Part shown: positions 41,711 to 54,343 of the stretch, piece after piece | Layout: the number at the start of each line of letters is the position of its first letter | How positions within the stretch are numbered: position 1 is the first letter of the stretch | NCBI GenBank assembly: GCA_965213705.1 | Contig: OZ243913.1 | Coordinates: forward strand, 736,001 to 800,000 | From: Trueperaceae bacterium | GTDB lineage: Bacteria > Deinococcota > Deinococci > Deinococcales > Trueperaceae | DNA length: 64,000 nucleotides | Direction of reading: 5' to 3' | Notes under the pieces: model-generated | Told to the model about the DNA's origin: nothing | The model's input: only the letters and a program-made list of their open reading frames with translations | Database searches by the model: none | Made by a program: the position numbers and the translations under genes

Positions 41711-42730
41711 ATGACCGTCAACGTGTTGGTGATGCTCCACGGCATCACCTTAGAACCCGAGCCGCGCGACCACCGGGCAGCTTACGACGCGCTCTGGGCG
41801 GCGCTGCAGCGCCACCAACCCCGGCTGAGCGCGGCGCTGGTGACGCCGCTGGGTCTCGAGTGGGGCCACGAGCCGCCAGGGTCGCCGAACGAACTGAGAC
41901 CCGACCAGCTACTCACCAGGGCTGAAAACTTTATCAACGAGCAAACGAGCTACGCCTCGCTCAAAACCGACCCCAGCCCCTACAACCACGTGCTCACGCC
42001 TAAAGACGACTTGGGCGAGTTTCGCGTCGGCGCGCTCGCTTCGCGGTGGCTGTTGCGGCCCTACCTTCTTACGCCGTTCAAAGAAAAAGTGATGGTCCGC
42101 GGGTTTACCGACGTGCTTTACTACTGCTCGCCGGACGGCGAGAGCGCGGTTCGCCGGGCGGTGTACAGCCAGTTTTTGAACGGCTTGGCCCCGTACCAAG
42201 ACGCCGCCCAGGTGCGTCTGCACGTCGTCGCGCAGAGTCTGGGCGTCACGGTCGCGTTCGACTTTCTGTTCGGTTTGTTCGCGCCCGACAGCCATTTTCC
42301 CGGCGGCGTGCCGGGCTTCGTTCGTGAACACCGGGACGACGTTGTGCTGCAGCCGTTTCTCGAGGCTTATACCTTCTGGCGTGAGCGGCGCGCGGCGGGC
42401 GGGCTCGTCTTGGGTTCTGTGTCCAGCACCGGCGGTCAACTGCCGCTCATGATGATGCGCAAACAAACCCTCGTCGAGCGCCTCGCGCGGGGTGAACGTC
42501 TGGACGCGAGCGTCATCGGCGTCGCACCCGGCGACGCGCTGAAGTGGAAACTCTTTTACGACGCCGACGACGCGCTCGGTTTTCCGGCCCGGCGCGTCTT
42601 CGAGCCTCAGGCGGCAATCCAAGAGTACGAAGTCGACACACACTGGCGGCCCGACCTAGCGCACAGCTTGTACTGGAAAAACGAAGTCGTGCAGCGTGAA
42701 ATAGCCGACCTCATCGCGCAAAACCTGTAA
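41711..42730 (+). CDS. Hypothetical alpha/beta-hydrolase-fold protein
   Basis: LHG, AQSLG elbow, DDALGFP, AHSLYW. Confidence 0.7.
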   Translation: MTVNVLVMLHGITLEPEPRDHRAAYDALWAALQRHQPRLSAALVTPLGLEWGHEPPGSPNELRPDQLLTRAENFINEQTSYASLKTDPSPYNHVLTPKDDLGEFRVGALASRWLLRPYLLTPFKEKVMVRGFTDVLYYCSPDGESAVRRAVYSQFLNGLAPYQDAAQVRLHVVAQSLGVTVAFDFLFGLFAPDSHFPGGVPGFVREHRDDVVLQPFLEAYTFWRERRAAGGLVLGSVSSTGGQLPLMMMRKQTLVERLARGERLDASVIGVAPGDALKWKLFYDADDALGFPARRVFEPQAAIQEYEVDTHWRPDLAHSLYWKNEVVQREIADLIAQNL

Positions 42731-43190
42731 GGCCGGGGTCGTGAGTTTGCAACCGCCTTCGGGGAGAAAGCGGGTAGCCGGGTAGTTGAAACTGGAGGGG
42801 TGAACAAGCTGCAATGTTTAAACTTTCCGAGTTGAACAACGTGTTCAAGTTTACGCCCTGCGTTTTGGACAAACCGACCCAGGTCTTTTTTGAAAACCTT
42901 CATACAACCTTTAACTTTTCTGAGATGTGACCGATAAACTCACGTTTAGCTAACAAACTGCTAATTTATAACTAAGGCCGCCGACCACTGTCTACCAAAA
43001 TCCCTCAGCAAGATTTTAAGCACTGTCAAAGGCGGCCAAAGTTATTTTCCTCCTCTCAACATGAGAAACGTTAAAGCAGCTGCGTCACCGGTTTGAGACC
43101 TGGGCGATTTGCGCCTTTGCAGGCTAGCGTTTTGGAAAACTCATCTTTTAGCTTTTCCACTTAACATTGAGACAAATTGGTCTTGACCTT

Positions 43191-43234
43191 ACCTCCCTTC
43201 TTAGGGGAGGTGGCCCTGTGGGTCGGTGGGGTCT
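43191..43234. repeat. REP-like double-hairpin element, copy 2
   Basis: ACCTCCCTTCTTAGGGGAGGT GGCCC-TGT-GGGTC GGTGGGGTCT. Confidence 0.55.
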
Positions 43235-43286
43235 GCTTTCTAACTTGCGTGTTGGTACGTCTCAATCGCTCTTGGAACCGCTGTTT

Positions 43287-43409
43287 ATACGAATTCCGAT
43301 ACGACAGCTCGTAATCCTTGGAGGAGTTATTCGCTTTCTTATCGCTAGTCCGTATTTTCTTCTCGCTCTGCTCGCGTTTGATTTCGAGGAAATTAACCGG
43401 GAAGGGTAT
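43287..43409 (-). mobile_element. Small MITE-like repeat, copy 1
   Basis: Homologous (inverted) to 51535-51646; ATAC...GTAT termini. Confidence 0.7.
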
Positions 43410-44404
43410 TACACCCGCTTGACCTCAACCGGTTTTCCGCCGTTGCGCGCAGAAGTGTAAAGCGCCTCGAGCGCCGCCATGTTCGCCGCCGCCTCGAGCG
43501 CCCCGTAGCGCGGCTCGCTGCCGTTCAACACGCAGTCGGCGAAGTGTTCACCCATTAAACGGTATTCATCTGCGCCGGGAATCGTCTCTTGGGTGGTTTC
43601 CCCGTCACTCGTCAGCTCGACAACGGCGTCGCTCACACCGGGCAAAAAGGCGGCCTCGAGCCTCATGCGCCCCGCGCTGCCCACCACCTCGACGAATTCT
43701 TGTCTGGCGGTATCCAGCGCGCAGTGAAACTGCACGAACACGTCGCCCTCGAACCGCAACACGCCGACCATCGACTTATCGATGCCTTGAACGCTCCACA
43801 CCGCGAACGCTTGCGCCTCCAGGGGCTCACGCCCGAGCAGCGTGCGGCCCACGTTGACGCAGTAACAGCCTACGTCCATGAGCGAGCCGCCGCCTAAGTC
43901 CGGCTGCAAGCGAATATTTCCGGGGTCCGAGACGGTGAAGGTGAACCCGGCGCGCACGAGTTTGAGGTCGCCCAGGGTGTTGTTAGAAAGCAGCTCGAGC
44001 GCGCGTTCCGTGCGTGGGTGAAAGCGGTACATAAAAGCTTCCATCAAGACACGCCCGTTTTGCTCGGCGGCCGCGTGCATGTCCAGGCACTCCTGCGCGT
44101 TCAAACCCATAGGCTTTTCGCACAAGACGTGTTTGCCGGCCTCGAGCGCCCGGACCGTCCACGGTTTATGCAGGCTGTTGGGCAGCGGGTTGTAGACCGC
44201 GTCCACGTTCGGGTCGGCAAGCAGGGATTCGTAGTCGCCATAAAAAGCTTCTATCCCGAGGTCGGTTGCGTAAGCCTCGGCCCGAACCTCGTCACGACTC
44301 GCGACCGCGACGACCGTGCCGTTGTTAGAGGCTTGCAGGGCGGGCGTTACAGTTTTGCGACCGATGTTGGCGGTGCTTAAGACGCCCCAGCGTATTTTGT
44401 CCAT
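43409..44404 (-). CDS. Gfo/Idh/MocA family oxidoreductase
   Basis: WGVLSTANIG, GKHVLCEKP, GGSLMDVGCY. Confidence 0.93.
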   Translation of the reverse strand: MDKIRWGVLSTANIGRKTVTPALQASNNGTVVAVASRDEVRAEAYATDLGIEAFYGDYESLLADPNVDAVYNPLPNSLHKPWTVRALEAGKHVLCEKPMGLNAQECLDMHAAAEQNGRVLMEAFMYRFHPRTERALELLSNNTLGDLKLVRAGFTFTVSDPGNIRLQPDLGGGSLMDVGCYCVNVGRTLLGREPLEAQAFAVWSVQGIDKSMVGVLRFEGDVFVQFHCALDTARQEFVEVVGSAGRMRLEAAFLPGVSDAVVELTSDGETTQETIPGADEYRLMGEHFADCVLNGSEPRYGALEAAANMAALEALYTSARNGGKPVEVKRV

Positions 44405-44485
44405 GCTGAATTTTAGCCCCTAAACTACCAGCCGAGTCAGGAGTGGCACCTCCGGCCGCACGAAACGGGTGCAAATAGAGAATGG

Positions 44486-45175
44486 TTAAGGTTTAAACGG
44501 CTCCTCAACCTGCGGAAGCAAATCGCAGTAGGCGAAGCGGTCGTCGCGCAGCACCGTCTCGCCGGCGACCCAGCGCACGGGTTGGCGCAACAGGGGTCCG
44601 GCCCAAACAAAGGTGTGAAACTCGCCGTTTTCACCGCAGGGGTCGACCCCGTGCGGCAGCTCGCGCAGAAGCCGCTCGTCGAAGGCGCGTCCGGCAAAGC
44701 TCGCGTCCAGCGCGTGCGTGTCCACGCAGGTCAGGACGGCCTGAAAACCTGCGCCGATAAAGTCTCGAGCGAGCTGCGCCGTAGCGCGGCCCCACAGGGG
44801 AAACAGCGCGTTCATGTCGTGACGCGCCAACAAGGCTTCGCGGTAGTCCCGCACGTCTTGCAAAAAAAGGTCCCCAGCCGCGACCGTGTCGATGCCGCGG
44901 GCATGACAGCGCTCGAGCGCCGCCCCGAAACGCTGCTCGTAATCGTCGTTGCTGCACTGCGCCGGAATGAGGGCGACGTCCAGGGGCAGGCCGAGCGCCG
45001 CGACCTGGTTTTCTAACAAGCCGAGGCGCACGCCGTGAACGCTGACGCGGTCATCCTCTTCGGTAACGGTCGTCAGGAGGGTGCGGACCTCGACCTCGTC
45101 ACTGCCGAGCAACGTGCTGAGGGCAAGGGTGCTGTCTTTGCCGCCGCTCCAGGACAGGGCGACACGCTTCTTCAC
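44486..45175 (-). CDS. Diphthamide-synthase-like (DUF71/COG2102) PP-loop ATPase
   Basis: SWSGGKDS, FPLW, DPCGENGEFHT; GTGA overlap. Confidence 0.9.
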   Translation of the reverse strand: MKKRVALSWSGGKDSTLALSTLLGSDEVEVRTLLTTVTEEDDRVSVHGVRLGLLENQVAALGLPLDVALIPAQCSNDDYEQRFGAALERCHARGIDTVAAGDLFLQDVRDYREALLARHDMNALFPLWGRATAQLARDFIGAGFQAVLTCVDTHALDASFAGRAFDERLLRELPHGVDPCGENGEFHTFVWAGPLLRQPVRWVAGETVLRDDRFAYCDLLPQVEEPFKP

Positions 45176-46128
45176 GCGGGGCTCGAGGTGGCACTTGTCT
45201 CGAGCCTCACCACCTGGTCGGCCCGCCACTGGGGCGGCGCAAACTCAGGGAACGCCGCGGGGTGCAAAATCCCGGCGAGCACTTCCAAACTTTCGACGAT
45301 GCGCGGCCCCGGCCGGCTGAAGTAAGCGTTGCCGTCGACCGCGTACACCTCGCCGCGCTGCACGGCGGGTAGCGTGTGCCAGTGGGGACGGCTCTCCAGC
45401 ACGGCCAAGTCCTGCCGCGCCCGCTCGACGCCCCAACCGCACAGTGCCAGCACGACGGTTTCGGGCTGCGCCGCAACCACCTCGTCCCAGGCGACTTGCG
45501 TGGAGCGTTCGCCCGTGCGACCGAACGGTTCCGCGCCACCCGCGACGTCGACCAGTTCGGGGTTCCAGTGACCGGCGCAAAAAAGCGGGTCGGCCCACTC
45601 GAGCAAAAAGCAGCGCGGGCGGTGTAGCGGCGCGGCTCGAGCCCGCACCGCTTCGATTCTGGCTCGCAAATCCGCCACCACCGTTTCGCCCCGCTCCGGC
45701 ACGCCCGCCACCTGGGCCACGGTGCGCACGTTGTCGAAAATGTCGGCGAGCGAGGACGGCTCCAGACTGACCACCTGCGGCTCGCTCGGCAGCGCCGCCG
45801 CCATCCTCGCCACCGAGCCGTAACCCACCGCGCACACGTCGCACAACTTCTGGGTCAGGATGACGTCGGGCCGCAGTTCGCGCAGCATGGGTTCATCGAG
45901 TCTATACAGGGTGCCGTTGTTTGTAAGCGTGTTACGCACCCAGCGGTCGACCTCAGCACTCGACAAGCCCGCGTTGTGAACCGGGCAGTGCGTCACGCGC
46001 GCGCGACGATTAGCCTCGGGTGGAAAGTCGCACTCGTGCGAGACGCCGACGAGCGCGCCCAGCAAGCCTAGTGCGCCGACGATTTCGGTTGCGGCGGGTA
46101 CAAGCGAGACGATGCGGGGGTTGGTCAT
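45172..46128 (-). CDS. BtuF-like cobalamin-binding protein without signal peptide
   Basis: RIVSLVPAATEI, SHECDFP, TQKLCDVCAV, DGNAYFSRPGPR. Confidence 0.85.
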   Translation of the reverse strand: MTNPRIVSLVPAATEIVGALGLLGALVGVSHECDFPPEANRRARVTHCPVHNAGLSSAEVDRWVRNTLTNNGTLYRLDEPMLRELRPDVILTQKLCDVCAVGYGSVARMAAALPSEPQVVSLEPSSLADIFDNVRTVAQVAGVPERGETVVADLRARIEAVRARAAPLHRPRCFLLEWADPLFCAGHWNPELVDVAGGAEPFGRTGERSTQVAWDEVVAAQPETVVLALCGWGVERARQDLAVLESRPHWHTLPAVQRGEVYAVDGNAYFSRPGPRIVESLEVLAGILHPAAFPEFAPPQWRADQVVRLETSATSSPA

Positions 46129-46228
46129 GGTCAACCTTCCTCCTACGAGCCAGTCTCGCTACAATAGGGCGAGAAGGACGAATAAGCCAAGCATACAGCG
46201 CTTGCTGGGGTGGACACGGCTCCAGAAT

Positions 46229-46252
46229 AAAAAGCCCGCTGCAAGGCGGGCT
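46229..46252 (-). terminator. Intrinsic terminator of gyrB
   Basis: AAAA-AGCCCGC-N6-GCGGGCT. Confidence 0.7.
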
Positions 46253-46273
46253 CCGTCGTTGAGAGTTAAGCGT

Positions 46274-49585
<3,312 letters not shown>

Positions 49586-49762
49586 TCAGTATACCCTTTA
49601 AGGCAACCGTAAAACAACTTACAAACGACGTTGGGGACGAAAATTTGGCAGTTTCCGGACTCTCTTTTCCGTTCCCGGCTCGAGCCGGACTCATACCGAC
49701 ATTCGGGTAGCTGGGCGCGGTAAGCTGAGCTTGAAAAATTCACAGCTCGAGAGGAGCAGCAC

Positions 49763-50011
49763 ATGGACCAAACAGAAGAAATCAGCGCGTTGGAAGACCT
49801 CATCACCAAGCTTACGGACGTGCAGCACAGCTACCAGGCCGTCATCGAGAAGATGGCGCGGCTGCAAATGGAGGCCGAGGAGCTGGCACCCGAGGTGGCT
49901 GAGCAGTTGCAACCGGCTTTTCAGGACACCTCAAAAGGCCACGAAACCGTGTCCGGCATCGTTCAGGATTTGCAGTTCAAGGTCAACCAGTTGCGCAACG
50001 AGGCGTCGTAG
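49763..50011 (+). CDS. Small coiled-coil hypothetical protein
   Basis: GAGGA RBS; acidic amphipathic helices. Confidence 0.7.
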   Translation: MDQTEEISALEDLITKLTDVQHSYQAVIEKMARLQMEAEELAPEVAEQLQPAFQDTSKGHETVSGIVQDLQFKVNQLRNEAS

Positions 50012-50022
50012 CTAACAAAACC

Positions 50023-51345
50023 TCAATTGCCGCAGGCGTCCCAATTTTGCAGACAGTCCAGTATGATGTCGCGCTCTTGGGGGACGGGTTGGAAAGGCGC
50101 CGGGCCGGGCTCTGTCCGAAGGGGTAGCGGACCGGACGCCGTTTCGGCAGGGGCGGGCACGGCGACGGGCGGCGGGAAAGACGGAACCGGGAACGGGCGC
50201 GGCGTAATCGTTATCGGCCGGCCGCCCCCGACGGTGGGCGCGGGTGCGGCCGGTAAGGCGGTCGGGGTCACTACGGCTCGTGTCGGCACCGTTTGAGAGT
50301 TCACCGGGCGGGCGTCCTGCGCCGAACTCGTGGCTGTCGCGGACGACGAGGGTGCAGGGATAGTTGCGGCGGCGCTGTTGTTGTAGGCCAGCGCGATGTC
50401 CCGCGCGCCCTGGCCGCTCTCGTTGCGAACGGCTGCGTCCGCTCCGGCGGCGAGTAGGGTCTGCACGACTTCGGGAGCGTTCGTGTTGCGCGCGGCGTAC
50501 ATCAGCGGCGTCCAACCGGCGTCGCTGGCGGCGTTTACGTCGGCCCCGGCGGCGAGCAGGGCTGTGACCACCGCGCGGGTGTTCGAACCCGCGGCGTACA
50601 TGAGCGGGGTCTGCCCGTAGGCGTCACGTGTGTCGACGCGAGCGGTCTCGAGGGCCTGTTCGACCTCGGCGGGCGTCAGGTCCCTGGCCGCGGTGAACAG
50701 GTCGGGCGCTTCCGCCGCCGGGTTCTCAGGTGATGCGGACGAGTCCGTGTCGGCGTTCTCAGCAGGCGCAGAGGCGATGACGGGCACTGCCGACGCCGAG
50801 GTTTGTTGCGCCTCCTCAGAGACGGTCTCGACGACAGTCCCGATATCGGCCGTCGCCGAGGCGATTCGGGGGAGGACGCTCTCGGGACTGGTTTCCGCGT
50901 TCGTTTCGGGGGTGTCGGTGACGGCCGCTTTTTGCACAGGCTCGGTAGGCGCTGTTCGCGACGCCCCGGTGTCGGACGAAACCGTCACCTCGGGCAGCAC
51001 GAGCGAAACGAGCGTGACCATCGCGACGACGCCGAGCAGGGCCAGCAACCAAGGCAGGGTTTGCCGCTTCAGGCGCGCGGCTCGAGAAACCGCCGGTTTG
51101 GGTTTGGTCATTTTGCCGCGGATGCCCAAACGCTGGCAAATCGCCACGAGCGCTTCAGCTTCGTCCTGCCCCAGCACGATGACGTCGGCCTTGAGAAGCG
51201 CTTCGGCCTCTGTTAGGCTCAGGTCGAACTTCGTAGCGACCGCCCGCGCCACCGCTTGCAGTTCGGCGGGCGTGGTGTCCTCGGCGATGTGGACGGTGAT
51301 GCGGTCGTTCGTCGTCCCTGGTGAGCGCGTACTCGGTCCCTTCAT
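50023..51345 (-). CDS. Single-TM ankyrin-repeat protein
   Basis: GQTPLMYAA and GWTPLMYAA repeats, AGADVN; TM; Pro-rich tail. Confidence 0.85.
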   Translation of the reverse strand: MKGPSTRSPGTTNDRITVHIAEDTTPAELQAVARAVATKFDLSLTEAEALLKADVIVLGQDEAEALVAICQRLGIRGKMTKPKPAVSRAARLKRQTLPWLLALLGVVAMVTLVSLVLPEVTVSSDTGASRTAPTEPVQKAAVTDTPETNAETSPESVLPRIASATADIGTVVETVSEEAQQTSASAVPVIASAPAENADTDSSASPENPAAEAPDLFTAARDLTPAEVEQALETARVDTRDAYGQTPLMYAAGSNTRAVVTALLAAGADVNAASDAGWTPLMYAARNTNAPEVVQTLLAAGADAAVRNESGQGARDIALAYNNSAAATIPAPSSSATATSSAQDARPVNSQTVPTRAVVTPTALPAAPAPTVGGGRPITITPRPFPVPSFPPPVAVPAPAETASGPLPLRTEPGPAPFQPVPQERDIILDCLQNWDACGN

Positions 51346-51534
51346 ACGGGGCATCATAGCGCAGCGCCGCTACGGTTTTCGTACAGACGTACACCCGCGC
51401 GGCGTTTGTGAAAACGGGGTTTGGAGGGTCGTTGGGACACCCCTTTACTTAAAGCCCTGGGCGTAAGTCAGGCGTTAGTGGGGACCTCGAGCCACGTCGC
51501 GTGGCCGTGAGGACGGGTCTTGAGCCGGGAACTT

Positions 51535-51646
51535 ATACCCTTCCCGTTTGATTTTCTCGGAACTAAACGCGAGAAGAAATACGGATTTCGATAAGGAAGC
51601 GAACAACTATTCCAAAGGTTACGAGCTGTAGTAGCGGAATCCGTAT
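51535..51646 (+). mobile_element. Small MITE-like repeat, copy 2
   Basis: ATACCCTTCCCG...AATACGGA...GGAATCCGTAT; homologous to 43287-43409. Confidence 0.7.
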
Positions 51647-51689
51647 TACCCTGTCGGTGATGCGACCTCTACCCAGCGCCACGGTGCCG

Positions 51690-52634
51690 TTACTTGGAAA
51701 GCGTGTGCAAACCCAGGCGCTTCAAGTGCTTTGTCAACGCCTCGGGGCTACGGGTGTGGAACATCCTGAAGCCGACCTCCCTCAGCTTGTCCCAGTTGCG
51801 CTCTTTGCCCCAGGAATGGGTCTCGAGCACCAGCCCGGCTTCCTTAGCGGCGCGCACCGCTTCCAGCCCGGCCTCGGTGAGTTCGTTGTCGTCGAAAAAC
51901 ACTTCGATGACGCGGAGGTCGAACTTCGACACCGCCGCGCGCACCTCCTCCGATGTGCGGGTGCGAAACATGAGAAGGTTGGGCGTATAAGGCATTCCCT
52001 CCGCGACGAAGTTTTGTAACATCTGAGTGTCGACTTCCGACAGGTCAAAGCGAAAAAAAACGTGTCCCAACATCCCGTGCTTTTCCACCAGCCGCACCGT
52101 GTCGGGGAAAGTCTCGAGCGGCGGCCGGTAGTCTATTTTGAACAGGATGCGCCCCCTGGCGCGCAGCAAAAACTCTTCAAACGTCGGCACGGTCTCGTCG
52201 GACAGGCGGCCGTTTTGATACTTGAGCCGCAGTTGCCGCAACTCGGCCAGGGTGAGGTCTTCGACGCGCCCGCGCCCGTTCGTGCTGCGGTCTACAGTGA
52301 GGTCGTGCATCACGACGATGTGGCCGTCTTTGGTTTGAGCGAGGTCGGTCTCGTAAACGTCGAAGCCTTGTCGCACCGCCTTGTCGATGTTGGCGAGCGA
52401 GTTCTCCGGCGCGCGGTTCTCCCAGTCGCGGCCCCAACCGCCGCGGTGCGCGACGACGAAGACGTATTTTGAGGCCGGGTCGGCGAGTTCACCCAGCAGC
52501 GCCGCCGCGCGGTTTGAAGCGTCTTCGGAAAAAAGGGTGTAGCCGAGTTTTTTGAGTGGGTACAAGCTGCCGACGAGCAGCGTTTTTTGCCGCCGCAACC
52601 CTTTGAGTAAGCCCGGCGGAAGTTTGGAGCGCAC
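51690..52634 (-). CDS. Glycerophosphodiester phosphodiesterase family protein
   Basis: AHRG, PENS, ETD, MHD..VDR.T. Confidence 0.9.
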   Translation of the reverse strand: MRSKLPPGLLKGLRRQKTLLVGSLYPLKKLGYTLFSEDASNRAAALLGELADPASKYVFVVAHRGGWGRDWENRAPENSLANIDKAVRQGFDVYETDLAQTKDGHIVVMHDLTVDRSTNGRGRVEDLTLAELRQLRLKYQNGRLSDETVPTFEEFLLRARGRILFKIDYRPPLETFPDTVRLVEKHGMLGHVFFRFDLSEVDTQMLQNFVAEGMPYTPNLLMFRTRTSEEVRAAVSKFDLRVIEVFFDDNELTEAGLEAVRAAKEAGLVLETHSWGKERNWDKLREVGFRMFHTRSPEALTKHLKRLGLHTLSK

Positions 52635-52649
52635 TGCCCGACGCCTGCT

Positions 52650-53906
52650 CTAACCCCGCACCTGACCGTTACCTTCAACGAGGTACTTGTAGGTAACGAT
52701 TTGGGCTAAGCCCATCGGCCCTCGAGCGTGGAGCTTTTGGGTCGAAATACCGATTTCCGCGCCGAAGCCGAAGACGAAGCCGTCGGTGAAGCGCGTCGAA
52801 GCGTTGACGAACACCGCCGCCGCGTCGACCTCGTCTTGAAACTGTCTAGCGTTTTTCATGTCGCTCGTGACAATCGCCTCGCTGTGCTGCGTGCCGTAGC
52901 GGGTGATGTGAGCGACGGCCTCCTCGAGCGAAGCCACCACCTTCACCGCCAGCTTGTAGTCGAGGTATTCGGTCGCCCAGTCCTCTTCGGTAGCCGTCAA
53001 AGCGCCGGAATAAAGTTCGCGCGTGCGCTCGTCGGCGTAGAGGGTCACGCCTGCGTCTGCAAGAGTAGAAAGCGCCTCCGGCAAAAACGCCTCAGCCACG
53101 TCTTCATGAACCAGCAGCGTCTCCGCCGAGTTGCACACGCCTGGGCGCTGCACCTTGGCGTTCATGATAATGTCTTGCGCCATTGCCAAATCCGCCGAAG
53201 CGTCCACGAACACGTGGCAGTTGCCCGTTCCGGTCTCAATAACCGGCACCTTCGCGTTCTCCACGACGTGCTGGATAAGCGACGCGCCGCCGCGCGGGAT
53301 GACGAGGTCTACTTGGCCTCGAGCTGTAAGTAATTCGGTGACCAGTTCACGCTCGGGCGAATCGACGAGTTGCACCGCGTCCGCAGGCAAACCCGCCGCC
53401 ACAAGCGCCTCACGCATCACCCCCACCAACACGCGGTTGCTGGCAAGCGCGTTCGATGAGCCGCGCAGCACCGCCGCGCTGCCCGCTTTCAAGCACAGCG
53501 TCGCCGCGTCGACGGTCACGTTCGGCCGCGACTCGTAAATCATGCCGATGACGCCGAAGGGCACCGTCACCTTCTGCACGCGCAGGCCGTTGGCAAGCGT
53601 CCAACCTTCCGAAACCCGGTGCAGCGGGTCGGGCAACTCGGCGAGCAATCGCACCGCGGCAGCCATGTCCTCAACGCGCTTTTCGGTCAGGGTGAGGCGG
53701 TCGACGAGCGCGGCGGACGTGCCCTTACTCCCCTCGGCGGCGACGTCTTTTGTATTAGCTTTCAAAATATTGGCGGCGTTGGCGGTAAGCGCGTCGGCAA
53801 CCGCGTACAGCGCGGCGTTGCGGTTCGCGCGGGGCAACTTGCGGCTGGCGGCTCGAGCCCGCGCCAACGTTTCTTGCAAGTTAAAGGTGGGTGTCAAAAC
53901 GGCCAT
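52650..53906 (-). CDS. proA: Gamma-glutamyl phosphate reductase
   Basis: IYESRPNVT, VIPRGG, CNSAETL, NASTRF, GISTQKLHARGP. Confidence 0.97.
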   Translation of the reverse strand: MAVLTPTFNLQETLARARAASRKLPRANRNAALYAVADALTANAANILKANTKDVAAEGSKGTSAALVDRLTLTEKRVEDMAAAVRLLAELPDPLHRVSEGWTLANGLRVQKVTVPFGVIGMIYESRPNVTVDAATLCLKAGSAAVLRGSSNALASNRVLVGVMREALVAAGLPADAVQLVDSPERELVTELLTARGQVDLVIPRGGASLIQHVVENAKVPVIETGTGNCHVFVDASADLAMAQDIIMNAKVQRPGVCNSAETLLVHEDVAEAFLPEALSTLADAGVTLYADERTRELYSGALTATEEDWATEYLDYKLAVKVVASLEEAVAHITRYGTQHSEAIVTSDMKNARQFQDEVDAAAVFVNASTRFTDGFVFGFGAEIGISTQKLHARGPMGLAQIVTYKYLVEGNGQVRG

Positions 53907-53972
53907 GCTCGAGTATAGCTTATCCGCCGACACCGCCACCCGCGTGCTAAATTGTGCCTAAAGGAGGTTCCC

Positions 53973-54206
53973 ATGCCTCGCCTCACCCTACAAACGACCC
54001 CCGAGTTTGAAGAAAACCTCAAACGCATCATGAAGCAGAAAGCCCTCAAAACTAAGAGCGAAGCCGTCCGCTTTGCGGTACATGAAACCGCCGAGCGTTT
54101 GCAGGCCAAATTTGACTACTCGACCCTTTTGGGCCTGGGCAATGTAGGACCTACCAACCCCAATCCTCGTTTCAAGTCTGACGATGACCTATGGGAAAAG
54201 GGCTGA
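53973..54206 (+). CDS. VapB-like antitoxin, apparently orphan
   Basis: AGGAGG RBS; RHH-like KTKSEAVRFAV; acidic DDDLW tail. Confidence 0.65.
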   Translation: MPRLTLQTTPEFEENLKRIMKQKALKTKSEAVRFAVHETAERLQAKFDYSTLLGLGNVGPTNPNPRFKSDDDLWEKG

Positions 54207-54343
54207 AGCGGGGGTTGTAAATTTATGCAAACCGACTCTCCTTTTGGTTTGCGCGTATTTTGATTTGCGCGTAGACGGTGCCGGAGAAACTTTGTGGGAA
54301 CCCCATAACTGACCAAAGTAGACAATCTTGTATAACGAACGAT

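Noticed and set aside
42607..42903. 98-aa minus-strand ORF
   Set aside because: Overlaps the hydrolase gene antisense and has no recognisable motif.
43167..43460. 97-aa plus-strand ORF
   Set aside because: Composed of two repeat elements and overlaps the Gfo gene end.
49763..50011. WXG100/type VII substrate
   Set aside because: No WxG motif and no secretion genes nearby.
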